A DNA stretch of 64,000 bases from Hydrolagus affinis (GCA_012026655.1 JAAILG010000146.1:62001-126000); one strand, 5' to 3'; counted from the stretch's first letter, positions 1 through 12,686 are shown. Made by a program: numbers and translations. The notes: generated by a model not told the origin, from the sequence alone.

Positions 1-961
1 ACGCTTTGTTGAATTTCTCTGGTTCTGAAGCAAGTTGCAAGCATTATTATTAATTTGTTTGAATTATTATTATTGCAATTGCTATTGTACAATGGAGGTT
101 GGGGAAGCTTACTATTTTACTATGATCAACAAACACCTCACCATCTCACAGTTCAGGAAATAAGCCAGGAATGGGGAGGAAGGGAAACAGACAAATAAAG
201 GAAAGTAGAGAAGATCAAAGAGAGCCCTGAAGCGTGGGATATGAGGGAATCATGGGCATCTTAAGAGATGAAAGCAAGGATTAGAAGCAGTTCTGCAGAG
301 AGGGAATTAAAAGAGAATGGCCATGTGTGACTGAAGCATGGCAGATGAAGAAAGGGGAGAGAAACAAGAGATACAAAGGAAAAGAAAAGAAAATTAAAAG
401 AAGCAGGGAGAAAAGGCAGTAAAAGAGAGGCACAAGGAATAAAACTCTTACAAAGACACGAGAGAAACACTGGAGACAGTAATAACAACAAAATTACATT
501 TGTATAGCGCCTTTCACATCGGGCAGCCCACTACATATGCAGTTTAGGCAAAAGATAGATCTGATTGAATAGCAAATAAGCTGCCTAAGTTTAGAGTGTG
601 TTGTAATGTTGATCTTTTGTTGGATAAATATTGGGAGCTAATTTGTTAGAGCAACATAGTAACCAAGTTCCAATGTAAAGGCAATGGAAGCAATGGCAAA
701 GGATAGAAGAAGTTAACCCAAAGATTTGGATACTCGCACTGGGATAATTTGAAGGAGTAAGAATATAAAGTGACAGGAAAGAGACATATCATCCCTGGTC
801 AGCAGACCAGACATTGTTGGCTGCACACAGAGGCTTTGGAGGCCAAGGTTTTGTGGATTGAGGCTGTGGTTAGAGTTTGAGGAGATGGGTAGGCCCAAGA
901 GAAATTGGGAAAGAAGGATTGGAGGACAATTTGCGTTTATACAGTGTTTGACATACAGGTT

Positions 962-1305
962 AAACTCTGCAGCCCGTATACTATCCCGCACCCGCCTCCG
1001 TGACCACATAACCCCCACCCTCGCCTGTCTCCACTGGCTCCCCATCTTCCAGAGGATCGAGTTCAAGATCCTCGTCCTCACCTTCAAGGCCTTACACGGC
1101 CTTGCCCCACCCTATTTATCCAATTTACTCACCCCCTATAAGCCCACCCAGACCCTCCGTTTAGCAGGACTTGGCCTGCTCCAAGCCCCCCTTCCCGAAC
1201 ACTCCCCTCCCAGCTTGGGTCACATGCCTCCTGTGCAGCGCCTTGGGACATCCTCCCGACGTGAAAGGCGCTTTATAAGTTTAAATTGTTGTTGTTGTTG
1301 TTGTT
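962..1305 (+). mobile_element. L2 LINE 3' fragment with internal deletion
   Basis: Encodes [53 protein letters not shown], followed by the tail stem-loop and (TTG)n. Near-identical to the 54960-55886 copy. Confidence 0.92.
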
Positions 1306-1374
1306 AGCATCTTGAAGCATTTAATGGTAGGATTCTATAGTGAGCCAACGAGAGAGGGAGGAAGTGGCACAGTC

Positions 1375-1545
1375 AAAGAAGAAGGTCGACAGGGGTGATC
1401 TGAAGATGGGCAAGGTGGGAGCAAGGCAGAGGGAATCGAGGCAGAGAGTTTCAGAGGATAGGAGCATAGTGGCTAAAAGCATAGCAACTAATGGTGGAGC
1501 AGAGGGCTTGAGGGACATGCAGAAGACTGAGCAAAGGCTGAAAAC
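1375..1545 (-). mobile_element. Old L2 fragment
   Basis: Reverse complement resembles the L2 ORF2 C-terminal segment (AFSHYAP.LWNSLP region). Confidence 0.6.
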
Positions 1546-1855
1546 AGGAAACTGACAATGTCTGGGTTCAGAATAAAATTGTGGATGAAAGAAGCTTTAA
1601 AAATACAGTCTCTGTTGTGCTCAGAAACTCATTGATTTACAAAGTCTATTCAATGAAATTATTCATGATTTCAGTAAGTGTTTATTTGATTATTAAATCA
1701 ATTATTCTTCAATAAATCACTGAAACTGGTCATTGTTTTAAATGGCGGATAATACCCAAACCCTGAGTAAAGTCCCTCCTTTTTCCCCCTGGCAAAATCA
1801 GTAATTGATTCAATTATTTCATTTTGATCACTAAGGAAAATGAAGAAAAATATTC

Positions 1856-1856
<1 letters not shown>

Positions 1857-1892
<36 letters not shown>
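1857..1892. repeat. (CA)n microsatellite
   Basis: Seen directly in the sequence. Confidence 0.95.
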
Positions 1893-3269
1893 AACTAAGA
1901 CACAACACGAGAAAGGGAGCTTTAAGGGTCAGTGAGCCAAACCAAAGTGGGGCTGAGCTCTGGGGTAAAGTGACTATTTGCATTTTCAGGATTAGGTGAT
2001 CAGATTCTAACTAATGTATCGCATCATTTGCTGACAGTGAAACCTCATTGCTTCACTGTACATTTTCACAGATTAATTTAAAATGATTTCAACTGCAGCA
2101 AATGTTGCACGCAAACGGCGCGATAGATGTGATGAAGGAACCTTTTGGGAAATTGGATGAGTAGGGGAGATGGTCAACTCCTGTTTCAAAATAATGACAT
2201 AATACAGTACAGTATTATGATGTATCCCCCACTCCAAAATAGAATCTTTGGAAAAAATCAAATAGATGTTTTTGTTCCTCGATTCAGTAAGTTTTAGGGT
2301 ATTCTGGGGATACTGTGATTAGTGAGTACTGTATTTGGATTAATTGTAAAAAGTCCTGAATGTGCCCGAAACAATCACTTGGAATCAGAACTGCAATTAT
2401 GCCTTTCCATCAAGGCTGCAAAACTGAGATCAGCAGTGCTGGACTGAGATCCCAAGGAGGGTAAGCTCCCTGTGACACTTCCAATCATGTGTGATGCTGC
2501 CTCAGTCTTGTCTGCTCCCCTAGAGTTGCATAGAGGCCACCACCTATGCTTCTCAGGGTTGATCTTGTTAAAGAAAATGTTAGATTCACTGCTCATCCCT
2601 TTCACGCTTTAGTGAATACGGTGATCCCAAGTAAATTATGTGGTTCTTTTTTTCCCTCTATTGATGCCTGCTCTCAAGATCTATAATGCAGCTTCCACAA
2701 AGTGTATCTCCACAATGTTAATGCTGTGAACGGATAGGCTAGGAAGCATTTAGAAAGGGTTGGGAGATTCCACTCCTGTGATTAATCAGCTTCTCTGAAA
2801 TCTTTGACTACTGATTCAGGATTTTCCTGTCTCTCACATGAAAGATAAAACCATTTTGTGATTCTCTCTGGAAGTGACCAATGCCATCATTGAAAACACA
2901 TCCACCGTTCTCAAGATAAATGACATTTAAGTAATGTCAACCTTGCCCCAGAGAGAGATTGGCGGACATTGTCACCTATTACATTTGTTTAATTTTCTTC
3001 AAGATGAGAAAAATATTAACCTCAACAATAAATCTGAGATTTGTAGGATTTTTATAACAGGCTATATGACACCTCCTGCCGGGAGCTATTCTGTAACACA
3101 GCTTGTTTTTTTTAAAAAAAAATTGCAATAGAGAAGCATAATACAACAGAGAAGTTTTCCAACACCTGAGGACTAATCTGCATTGTCTGAGGTAGACATG
3201 ATCTGACTGTGGAAAGTATTAATTTCAGGTTTATAAATTGAGGCACAACAGCTATCTCACAAATCAGTT

Positions 3270-3790
3270 GGCTCCTGAATTATCCTTCCTCCCCCACATC
3301 TGGTCTCTCACCAGCACTGCCTCTTCCATCTACGCCACATTGCCCGTCACCGCCAATATTTCACCCCAAAAGCTGACAAAACCCTGGTCCATGCCTTTGT
3401 CATCTCTCGGCTGGACAACTCCAATGGCCTCCTCGCCCATCTGCCCTCCACCATCATTCATAAAATCCATCTTATTCAAAACTCCGCTGCCCGCTTCCAA
3501 ACCAAACTTCGCTACCCTTTTACCCCAGTCCATGCCAGACTTCACTGGCTCCCTGTCTCAGAGTAGATAGATTTCAAGATCCTCACTCTTGTGTTCAAAT
3601 CCCTCCACTCCTCTGCACCTCCCTACCTCTCTGATCTCTCTCCTCACAACAGTACCTGTTGCCTTCACTCTACTGGGTCTGGCCTCCTCCTTGTCCCCCG
3701 AAACCTCCGTTCCACCGTCTGCTTTGTGAAGCGCTCTGAGATGCCGTCTGGCATGGAGGGTGCTATATAAATCCAAGTTGTTGTTGTTGC
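3270..3790 (+). mobile_element. L2 LINE 3' fragment (second tail type)
   Basis: Remnants of LVHAFVISRLD and LHWLP..IDFKIL; tail gtgaagcgctctgagatgccgtctggcatggagggtgctatataaatccaag(ttg)n. Confidence 0.88.
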
Positions 3791-4539
3791 TAAAATGGAA
3801 AAGTACCAACTACCAAGGACAATTCCACCTGCTCCTAGAGATCAGGATTACATATGTAAGGTGTAAGATGCACCAATTAGCATCAAATCTATCCAACTCT
3901 AACTAGCAAATGGAAGAACCATCAAAGCAAAATATCTAACTTTACTTAGGGTGACTTACTGATGAAGCAGGGTTACTATGGTTGATGTTGTGTATTTCTG
4001 CTTCCTGTTGGGAGTTGACATTCACAACTTGGAGTCATTATTGAGGAATCTTGTTAGTAAACACCTCAGTTTAACCCACAATCACATAGATAGACTATCA
4101 TTTTGACAGGTGACAGTGAAGTAGATTTTCAGCTCTCAAAATATCTTTCCAAGAAGGAGGTCTTTTTTGTTTTCGCTAAAACTCAAATGGTAGTAAATTT
4201 CAAAGTATCTCAGGGCTCAAGATAATGTCATCAGGACTATGGTCTCAGGATAATGTCAGCCAGTTCATAGGTTGTTGCAATAAAAAATGTTATTGTATAT
4301 GATTTGGGTATGATTTATTGGATATTCTTGGCATTTACTGTGAAGCGCAATTTGTCAAATTGTTTTCAATTTTTCATATGTGTCTGTCGTCTTACATTCC
4401 AGGTACTGCTCCTGAGGGCATTGAGTTTACAATTTTATTTAACTTGAGGTCAACATTATTCTTTCAAACCTCTCATCATAATATCTCCATACCTAAAATG
4501 ACAAAGAGTAAGGAAAACAGATTAGTGGTATTAAATTAA

Positions 4540-4712
4540 TATGGCAATAAATTGGTCATTTCAATCCAGGACTGTTTGTGGGACACTGCTGTGTGCAATT
4601 GGCTGTCACGTTTCGCACACAAATATAGAGTCAATTCACTTTACAGTATATTCTGTGAAGCATTTTGACACGTTGCTGTATCAAATGCAAGGATTATTAT
4701 TATAATTATTAT
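4540..4712 (+). mobile_element. SINE 3' half (Deu-like segment plus L2-type tail)
   Basis: tgtttgtgggacactgctgtgtgcaattggctg...aaatgcaagga(tta)n. Confidence 0.85.
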
Positions 4713-4869
4713 GATGTATTTTACCTGTAATGGAACTTTATAGGACTATATATTCAATTTAAATTTTGCTGGTGATGATACATTGTAACTTTTCTAACCT
4801 TGTTAGGAATGAATGCTTTCTGTGTTTTCTCTATCTTATGTCTTTGTTCTGTCTGAACTATACTTTCAA

Positions 4870-5275
4870 GTGAGATTGTATTGATAAAATCCTCATCCTT
4901 GCCTTCAAGGCCCTCCATGGCCTTGTTCCTCCCTACCTCTGCAACCTGCTAACCCCATATCAATCTGTTCACTTCATCCAGTCTGCAGGGTCTGGCCTGT
5001 TCCACTTCCCCCGCCGGTCTGCCCCACCATTCGGCATATGGGCTTTCAGCCTTTCTGCCCCCATCCTATGGAACTCCATTTCACATTTCCTTTGCCTCGC
5101 TCTCCCTTGCCTCCTTCAAGGTGCATCTCAAAACCCTCTTCTTCGAACAAGCTTTTGGCCACACTCCTACCCTCCCCGATCCCAACTCCCAGCTTGGATC
5201 CAAATGCCTGACTGCCCAGCATGTTGGGACATCATAGAGTGAAAGGCTCTATACAAATGTAATTTGTATTGAATT
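4870..5275 (+). mobile_element. L2 LINE 3' fragment
   Basis: Remnant KILILAFKALHGL.PPYL..LWNSI and a degenerate tail. Confidence 0.85.
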
Positions 5276-6204
5276 GTAGTAATGTTGAAGAGTGAATTAT
5301 CACTTGTTGAGCCCAGTTTGTTACAGTGCACTTTGGTCGTTGACTCTTGCACACAAAGGCACCTAGCGCAGTTTCACCGCTGTCAGAAATCACCAAGGTC
5401 AAATTCATGAGACATCTGTTCTTCATGCATTTCTCTCTGGCTACACCCTGTTGTTACATCACCTAATATATCAAACAAAAATATCTTTCTAGCATGATTC
5501 TCATGCTTGTTTAATTTTGACCTCAGGTACTGCACATCATTCTCGAACTCAGAAATCTGCTCCTCGGCCCTAGCTTAACGATCTCTGGCTGATGAGCTGT
5601 GTTGTTCAGCTTCAGTGATCCATTTATTGGAAGCTTGATGTCCCTGGTTTATGTGCTCCAGCTTGGATGAGGTGGGGGTGGGGTAGGGAGGTGGGGGGAA
5701 GAGAGAGATTGCGTATAGTTTCAAGTCGAGAGCCTCTAATTCTGTGCTAGAGATGCCTCTGCAGGTGTAGGTTAGACGTGAACAATCAGTCCAGGTTTCA
5801 GCTGCTGTGTGGTTCGGATTCCTGCTGAGATTCTGTGATCTGTTCAGGCCGGTCAGTTTCACGGAGATTCAGTACATTTTTAGATTGATTTCCTGATGCT
5901 TTGAGCTCGCCATCTTGCGTGCGTGCACCATAACGAGAGGTAGTCCCAGCAATGGGTTTCCAGGAATGTTTTGTTTTTTCTGGATAGGGAAAATGATCAA
6001 TCTTTGGACACTTGCAGACAGACATTGCAAAAATCAGAATGTGGATGAATTTTTGTGGCATCAAAATGTCTCAAAGAGCTTTGTACTTGACGATTGCCAA
6101 GTACAGTGACCGTTTTATTTTGTGCCTTCTTCCCAAGCTGCATTTCATCAGTTTCCAAAGCTGGATATTTTAAAATGGGATCTGTATTAATTCCACAGGT
6201 GTTA

Positions 6205-6375
6205 CCTTGGCTCACAGGTAACACTCTTAACTCTGAGTCAAAAGGCTGTGGGTTCAAGTGGCATACCAGGACTTTGAACTCATAACTTTAGCAGACTCGG
6301 GGGATGTGCTGCATTGTTGTAGGTGCTGTCATTCAGATGAGACATTAAACCAAGATCCCATCTAACTATTCAGGA
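6205..6375 (+). mobile_element. Older tRNA-derived Deu-domain SINE, 5' half
   Basis: Head ggctcacaggtaacactcttaactctgagtca...ggttcaagt; Deu-like gctgcattgttgtaggtgctgtcattcagatgagacattaaacc. Confidence 0.7.
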
Positions 6376-6585
6376 GTCATGGATTGAGTGAACTTATTAT
6401 TATTATTCTTTTTAGGGATTATTACACCCCTGGAAAAGGATTCCTCAATTGACTAACACCCAGGTTCCTATTTACTATTTAGGCATGTGGAGTAAGGAAA
6501 CTTGCCCAACGATTCGCCCTGCCTGGGTATCAGACCCAGGTCCTCTTGCTTGCAAGGCGAGTGCTCTAACCACTACGCTACAGGT
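6376..6585 (-). mobile_element. Composite tRNA SINE, 5' part (partial long form)
   Basis: Reverse complement reads cctgtagcgtagtggttagagcactcgcc...gggcaagtttccttactccacatgcc and carries part of the extra central segment. Confidence 0.82.
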
Positions 6586-7355
6586 TTCATGATGTGATAT
6601 TGCTGTTGTTGTTGATAAAGCACTATATCAAATGTAAGGATTATTATCATGATATTATAATTTCACTTTCAGCTATGAGATTTATTTCTGTAATATTAAC
6701 CCTAAATAAACATCAAAAAGTATTTGAATTATAAACAAAATGTTTCAGCTCACTATTCATTTTCTGTGTTTATCTTCCTCAATATTTTCCCTTCTTTCCT
6801 GCTGTGTATCTGTTTTGAATTCGAACTTTAATTATACCCTTTTCCCAGATAATTTAAAGCCCGTCTCAAAATGTACCTCTGTGGTTTTTCCCTCCCACAC
6901 CCTCCTCGTCTCCCATTCCCAGCTCAGATGCCCATCCACAACATCGACAAGCACTTTGAGATGTTCTCCTGGAGTGAAAGATGCAGTATAAATGTAAATT
7001 GTCAATTGCAGTTTATTCTATTTGGGGTAATCCTTGTGTAGTTTTTCAGTTTTAGCACTTAACTTAAATTTTTTTAATATATGGAACGCTTGACCTATTA
7101 TTTCTCCAATTTTCTACTTACTGACCCGTGCCTCTCTGCTCCTGGCCTGGCCTCCTGTTTCTGTTGTTCTATTTCAGGGATGTTGATTACCCGCCAAAAA
7201 CCCCAACCAAGCGACAATTGTTCATGTGTGAGTTTCAGCAGGTTACTCAACTGTAGAGGGAATCGCATTCAAGCCTGACCTCTCCTCACAGGATTCAAAC
7301 CACAGGCACAACCAGTAAAGGGTTCTATAACGATAACTACAGAATAATAATAATA

Positions 7356-7565
7356 CAGTAAAAGCCTGTTTATCCGGCACCCGATCAACCGTAACTTCTG
7401 TATAACTGGCATCACAAAAAAAAATCCGCATTTGATTAACCGGAATTTATCCGGAAAAATGCATTGAAGTTTTAATTTTTTTTTATTTTCGTTTTCGGTT
7501 GAATATCTGGCACGTGTTTTAACAGGCTTTAGGTCTGAGGGCGCCGGATAAACTGGCTTTTACTG
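7356..7565. mobile_element. Tc1/mariner (pogo/Tigger-like) MITE, 210 bp
   Basis: 23-bp TIRs cagtaaaagcctgtttatccggc / gccggataaactggcttttactg (1 mismatch); TA target duplications at 7354-7355 and 7566-7567. Confidence 0.93.
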
Positions 7566-7567
7566 TA

Positions 7568-7880
7568 CTTGCATTTATATAGCGCCTTATCAGGTCTTCA
7601 ACGCGTCTCAAAGCACTTTACAGAATATATTGTAAAGTGAATTGACTTTTTAGGCAAAACGCAGCAGCCAATTGCTCAGAGCTGTGTCCCACCAACAGCC
7701 ATAGATTGAATGACCACATTTGTTTTAAAAAAAGGTTTATTAACCTCCAAAAAGCAATCTGCCAAGCAACTAACAACCCAGTTCCTATTTACTGCTTGGT
7801 ATACAGAGGCGTGTGGAATAAGGAAACTTGACCGACATTTCACCCTGCCGGGGAATCAAACCCAGGTCATGGAAACAGGA
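7568..7880 (-). mobile_element. Composite SINE, long form; its (TAA)n tail at 7343-7355 is separated from the body by the MITE
   Basis: cttgcatttatatagcgcc...gcagccaattg...cctatttactgcttggtatacagaggcgtgtggaataaggaaacttg. Confidence 0.85.
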
Positions 7881-7884
7881 GTAA

Positions 7885-8150
7885 GCCATTCAGCCCTCGA
7901 GTCCATTCCACCATTCTATAAGATCATGGCTGATTTGTACCTCGAGGCCAATTATCTGCCCTTGCCTTGTATCCTTCAATACCCTGACGTAACAAATAGC
8001 TATTCACCACTGTCTTGAAGATGTGAATGGATCCAACATCTACAGCCTTTAGGGGTAGACAGTTCCAAATTTTCACTACCCTTTGGGTGTAAAACTGCTT
8101 TCTAATTTCACTCCTAAATGGTCTAGCTCTAATTTTAAGATTATGCCTCT
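7885..8150 (-). mobile_element. CR1 LINE 3' fragment
   Basis: gccattcagccctcgag...agatcatggctgat...gagttccaaattttcactaccctttgggtg; the reverse complement resembles 15430-15670. Confidence 0.8.
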
Positions 8151-8469
8151 TGCTTGAGAGGCAAGTGCTCTAACCACTAAGTTACAGCACTCCGTAGAAG
8201 GAACAGGATTTTTGGGGGGTTTTCCCTTCCCACCTCTGTGGAGTCAATTACGTCTCCTCATGCAGCTCCCGCTAAGACTGACAAACTCAGCACATACCAG
8301 GCTTCGAACCAGCTTTCTCCTGGCCTTGCCTTAATCTACCTTTCTGACCTTCTAAAACGTTATCAACCCACCCTTTGCCTCCATTCTGCAGCCACTATCG
8401 GTGGTTGTGCTTTTAGCCTTTTTACCTACACTCTCTGTAACTCTATCCTTCAAGGTCCATCTCAAAACA

Positions 8470-9000
8470 GGGGAGTGGAGGGGCCAGAGTTAGGGACAGG
8501 GTGAGGGGGGGAAGTGGGGGGATTAGGAGTTGCCGATGGGACTATCAAAGAAGAGAGTCTTGAGGTGGGACTTGAAGGAGGCCAGTAAGGGGATGAAGCG
8601 GAGGGACTGTGGGATGGAGTTCCAAAGGTTGGCAGCAGAGTGGCTAATGGTGGATTGGGCGGGGAACATGGAGCAGGCCGGAACCTGCTGAGCGGATGCG
8701 GTGGGGAGGTTCATAGGAGAACAGCAGATCAGAGAGGTGGTGGGGGGAGGGGGCAAGGCCATGAATGGCCTTCAAGGTGAGGATGAGGATCTTGAATTTG
8801 ATCCTCTGGTGGGTGGGGAGCCAATGGAGCCGGGCGTGAGTGGGAGTGATATGGTCGCGGAGCTTGGTGCGGGTGAGGACACGAGCTGCAGAATTCTGGA
8901 TGATCTGCAGCTTGTGAAGGGAAGAACCAGGTAGGCCAATGAGGAGGGAGTTTCCATAGTCAAGCCTTGATGTGACGAATGCGTGGACAAGGTGATCAAA
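8470..9000 (-). mobile_element. L2 LINE fragment
   Basis: ORF 8644..9075: [21 protein letters not shown]...[19 protein letters not shown]...LHWLP. Confidence 0.92.
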
Positions 9001-9179
9001 GACATGCATTATATTATGGATAGTCTTAAATACAATTATTACAGGACAACTTCTCTTACGAATATACAAACTCAAAGGATTACAAATAGTTCAAAAGATA
9101 AACAGACAAGGTATCAGTACACCCTGGAATTTACTGTACCTGAATTTACTGTACCTGAATTCCAAGTTAATCTTGTAAG

Positions 9180-11020
9180 CTAATGCTCCTCTTCTCCACT
9201 ACAAACCATCTCCTCTGTCCACCCTCTCACGCCTCACCCATCCTCTTGTCCAACTGCGAGGAGATGCTGGACTTCCTCAAATCTAAAATTGAGGGGATCC
9301 ATTCAGCATCTGATCCACCATTCTGGTTCATCTGATTTTTTGAATAGAGGTTCATCAGGTTGAACGACCTTTCTTTGGGTTGTACTTCTAAACCCTCTAA
9401 GAATGGTGCAACATCATCATCATCATAAATGATGAAATCCCATCTACCACTACCTCTCTCCCAGGATCCACTCCCCACCCACCCCCCATTACACACCTAT
9501 GACCCTATTTCTCCCTCCACCATCTCTGCTCTCATCCGGAAAATGAAACCCACCACCTGCTCCCTCGACCCCATCCCCACCTCTCTCCTCATCTCCCAGC
9601 TCCACCTACTTGACCCCTTCCTAACCGACATCATCAACCTCTTCCTGTCCACTAGCACTGCTTCCATCCCTCTAAAAACAGCTGTCATCACCCCCATCCT
9701 GAAAGAACCATCCCTGGAGGCATCCCTACTGTCCAACTACTGCCCCATCTCCAACCTCTCATTCCTCTCCAAGGCCTTGAATGAGTTATTGTGTCCCAGC
9801 TTTGCTCCTTTCTCTCTCTCCACTGCCGCTTTGAACCTCTGCAATCCAGTTTCCATGCTGCCCATAGCACTGGGACAGCCCTGGTCAAAGTCTCCCACAA
9901 CATTTGAAATATCTGTGTCAGGGCTCTCTCTGCATTCTTGTCCTCCTTGACCTCGTTGTTGTATTCAATACCATCGACGACTCCATCCTCCTACACCACC
10001 TCTCTTCTCCAATATCTACGTGCTCCCTCTTGGTGATATCATCCACATGTATGCGGATGACACTCAACTCTTTTTTCTGCCTCTACCATCAATTCCAAGA
10101 CCGATGCTGTCTTGATAGACTGCCTGTCAGATGTCAAGTCCTGGATGTGAGCTAACTTTCTACAGTTGAATGTGAACAAGATCGAGGCCCTCCTGATTGG
10201 CTTGCATGAGTGCCTTCACACATCAGCCACTGGCAGCATTAACGTCCATGATTCCACACTCAATCTCACCAAGCCAGTCAGAAACCTAGATATCTTGTTC
10301 GATCCTCAACTGTCTTTCCTCCCACACATCCAGCTGTGACCTGTTCTGCCTTCCCTCACCTCCGCAATATTGCCAGACTCAGCCACTACCTCATCCCCCC
10401 CTGGCTGCTGAAACCCTTGTTCATGCCTTCCATCACATCCAGGCTCGCCAATATCCTGCTTGTCAGGCTTCCAAGTTCCTCCCTCCATGGCTGCAGATAA
10501 TCCAGAACTCTGCGGCCCTTGTCCTCTACTGCTCCAAGCTCCGTGACACCATCTCCCCCATTCTCGCCCAACTCCATTGGCCTCCCATCACTCAGAGGAT
10601 TCAATTAAAGATTTTGGTCCTCACGTTCAAAGCCCTCCATGGCCCTGCCACACCCTATCTCTGAAACTTTCTAACCCCCTTCCAACCTGCCCACACCCTC
10701 CGCTCAGCAGACTCCAGCCTGCTCCATGTCCCACAACCCACCCACCCTGCTATCGGCGGGCGAGTCTTCAGCCAATCCACTAACCTCTGGAATCCATCCT
10801 TCAATCCCCCAACTTGCCTCCTCCCTAGCTTCCTTCCCTGCTTCAAGACCCTCCTTTTCAATGGTCCCATTGGTCACCCCAAATCCTCTCCTCTTCCTCC
10901 ACCCTCCCCAATTCCATCCCCAGATTGGGTCTGAAACATTAACTGTTCAACGCCTTGGGACATCCTCCCGATGTGAAAGGCGCTATACAAATGTAATTTT
11001 GTTGTTGTTGATGATGATGA
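9180..11020 (+). mobile_element. Longest L2 copy (about 1.8 kb, decayed RT ORF2 plus tail)
   Basis: Frameshifted motifs TTCSLDPIP, KTAVITPILK, NYCPISNLSFLSKAL, LVLLDL..FNTID and HMYADDTQL; (TTG)/(ATG) tail. Confidence 0.93.
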
Positions 11021-12611
11021 CCTGATTTCAAGCTTCTATGTATAATATCTGCCCCACAGAATATTTTCATATGCTTGTACGACATTACCCAGCAAAGTGA
11101 ATGTAACATGTTGACTATTACAATAGCTATTAACTAAAATGTGTGGCACTGTTAAGAGAAATGTTTTGCTAAACCTCTTCATGTTTAGCTGATGTAAACA
11201 TTTTTCTTAGTCTTGCTTTCTTTGAAGGTCTTCAGTCTATAGGAAATGACATTATGCTTTAGTAAATTCTTGCAGAATATAACAGATCATTGGTTTTATA
11301 ACACAGTTGGCGCTTTTGCATTCTGATGAGATTATTAGTAGCAGCTGAAAGAGTGTTTTGTGCCTATGTTGTCATTGTAAAAGCTGGAATCAGTACATGG
11401 CACTGCTCTTTGATCACCTGTAGGAATCAGGGTGTGCATTATGTATGATGCTTATTTCCTGTCCATGTTTTATTCAGTGGTATATTATTTTGTAACAAAT
11501 ATTTTTGCAGTGAAATGCCATACACATGAATATTCTCATGAGATCCTTATCTCAGAACCTAAACATGTCTGAACAAAGCATGAGATGGCTGACAGCTCTA
11601 TTAAAAAGTTTTTTTTAAAGAAAAGCTTTTGACATGAAGCAGAACTCAAATAGTAAGTGAATCGTTTGTGTTTAAGGGCAACAGTTCAACATGCAACTAA
11701 TACTTCACTGTCATGCGCTAAATAATTGTCAACAAAGTTGAATATTCTTTATTACAGAACAATTTCAATCACTTTCTGTTCTAACTTTTCCAGCAAAACG
11801 TAAACCCAAATCATGAATGCCATTCAGACAGGATGTCCCTGGCCCAGACTGCATTTGTTAAAATCCTGTGTTGCATGTGCAGCTTGGAAAACAAACAAAT
11901 AGCTCTGGATTGGAGCAGAGAACAACTAATTTTTATGATAGGCAATTAACAATCCCTTTATTTATGTTGTTTGAAATTTCTGCCATCGTTGTTTTCATTT
12001 AATTTCTCATCAGGCCTCCTTTTTTGTTACAGTCTCATTTGGCAATGAATTTGCACATGTCCCACTTCTGAATCAACTTCAGTCACACACAGATCTCAAC
12101 GGACTGCAAATCTTTCCAGTTTATGACACTGACCTGAGACAGAAAGGTAGATCGTTGACAAAGGAGTACTGAAGCTTCAGCCCTTAATTGATGCTTCACA
12201 ATTATTCAAATATGAATGTTTGAAGGCATTTGGGTATTAAGGAATGGATTACTCATGAAATGCACACAAGCTTTCATGCTTAGTAATTACTACTGTTTAT
12301 TGATAATTAGCACTTCAAGCTGCAATTCCCCTTTTTAAAAAGCCAGCTTGTCAATTTCATAAATTCAAAACCAGCCAACCAGCCTGCTCTGTGTACATGG
12401 GCTAATGATACCATCACTAAGTAGAATTGCTGTACTAAACATTAAATATGTTTTAAAGCGTGGTGCTGGTTAGATGGTCCAGTGGCGCAGGGCATATGGG
12501 AACTGATTGCTCCACCATGGAGTAGAGGTAAATTATTCTTTCCCCCTCCAAACCCCATCCATAGAGGGACATTCAGCTCAGATGAAAGGTACTGGGTTAA
12601 TGGCGAGGTGG

Positions 12612-12686
12612 GGCAATCAGAGAGCAAATCCTGGGAGAGTGGCAATCAGAAGGCACATCCTGGGAGAGGGGCACTCAGAAGGAAAA
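12612..12686. repeat. 29-bp minisatellite, about 2.6 units
   Basis: ggcaatcagagagcaaatcctgggagagt / ggcaatcagaaggcacatcctgggagagg / ggcactcagaaggaaaa. Confidence 0.8.

Noticed and set aside
2934-3131. Possible terminal exon of an upstream gene such as CCDC178 (cag|REIGGHCHLLHLFNFLQDE)
   Set aside because: Only a weak short resemblance to a sequence I recall imperfectly. It needs TBLASTN before any call.
9127-9161. Short local tandem duplications (also at 15831, 17640, 18961 and 50273)
   Set aside because: Ordinary 2-copy slippage duplications with no repeat-spacer array structure. No CRISPR-like array was seen anywhere in the window.
9320-9360. Minus-strand CTGATGA/CAGATGA hammerhead-like cores
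   Set aside because: No correctly placed GAAA or supporting stems.
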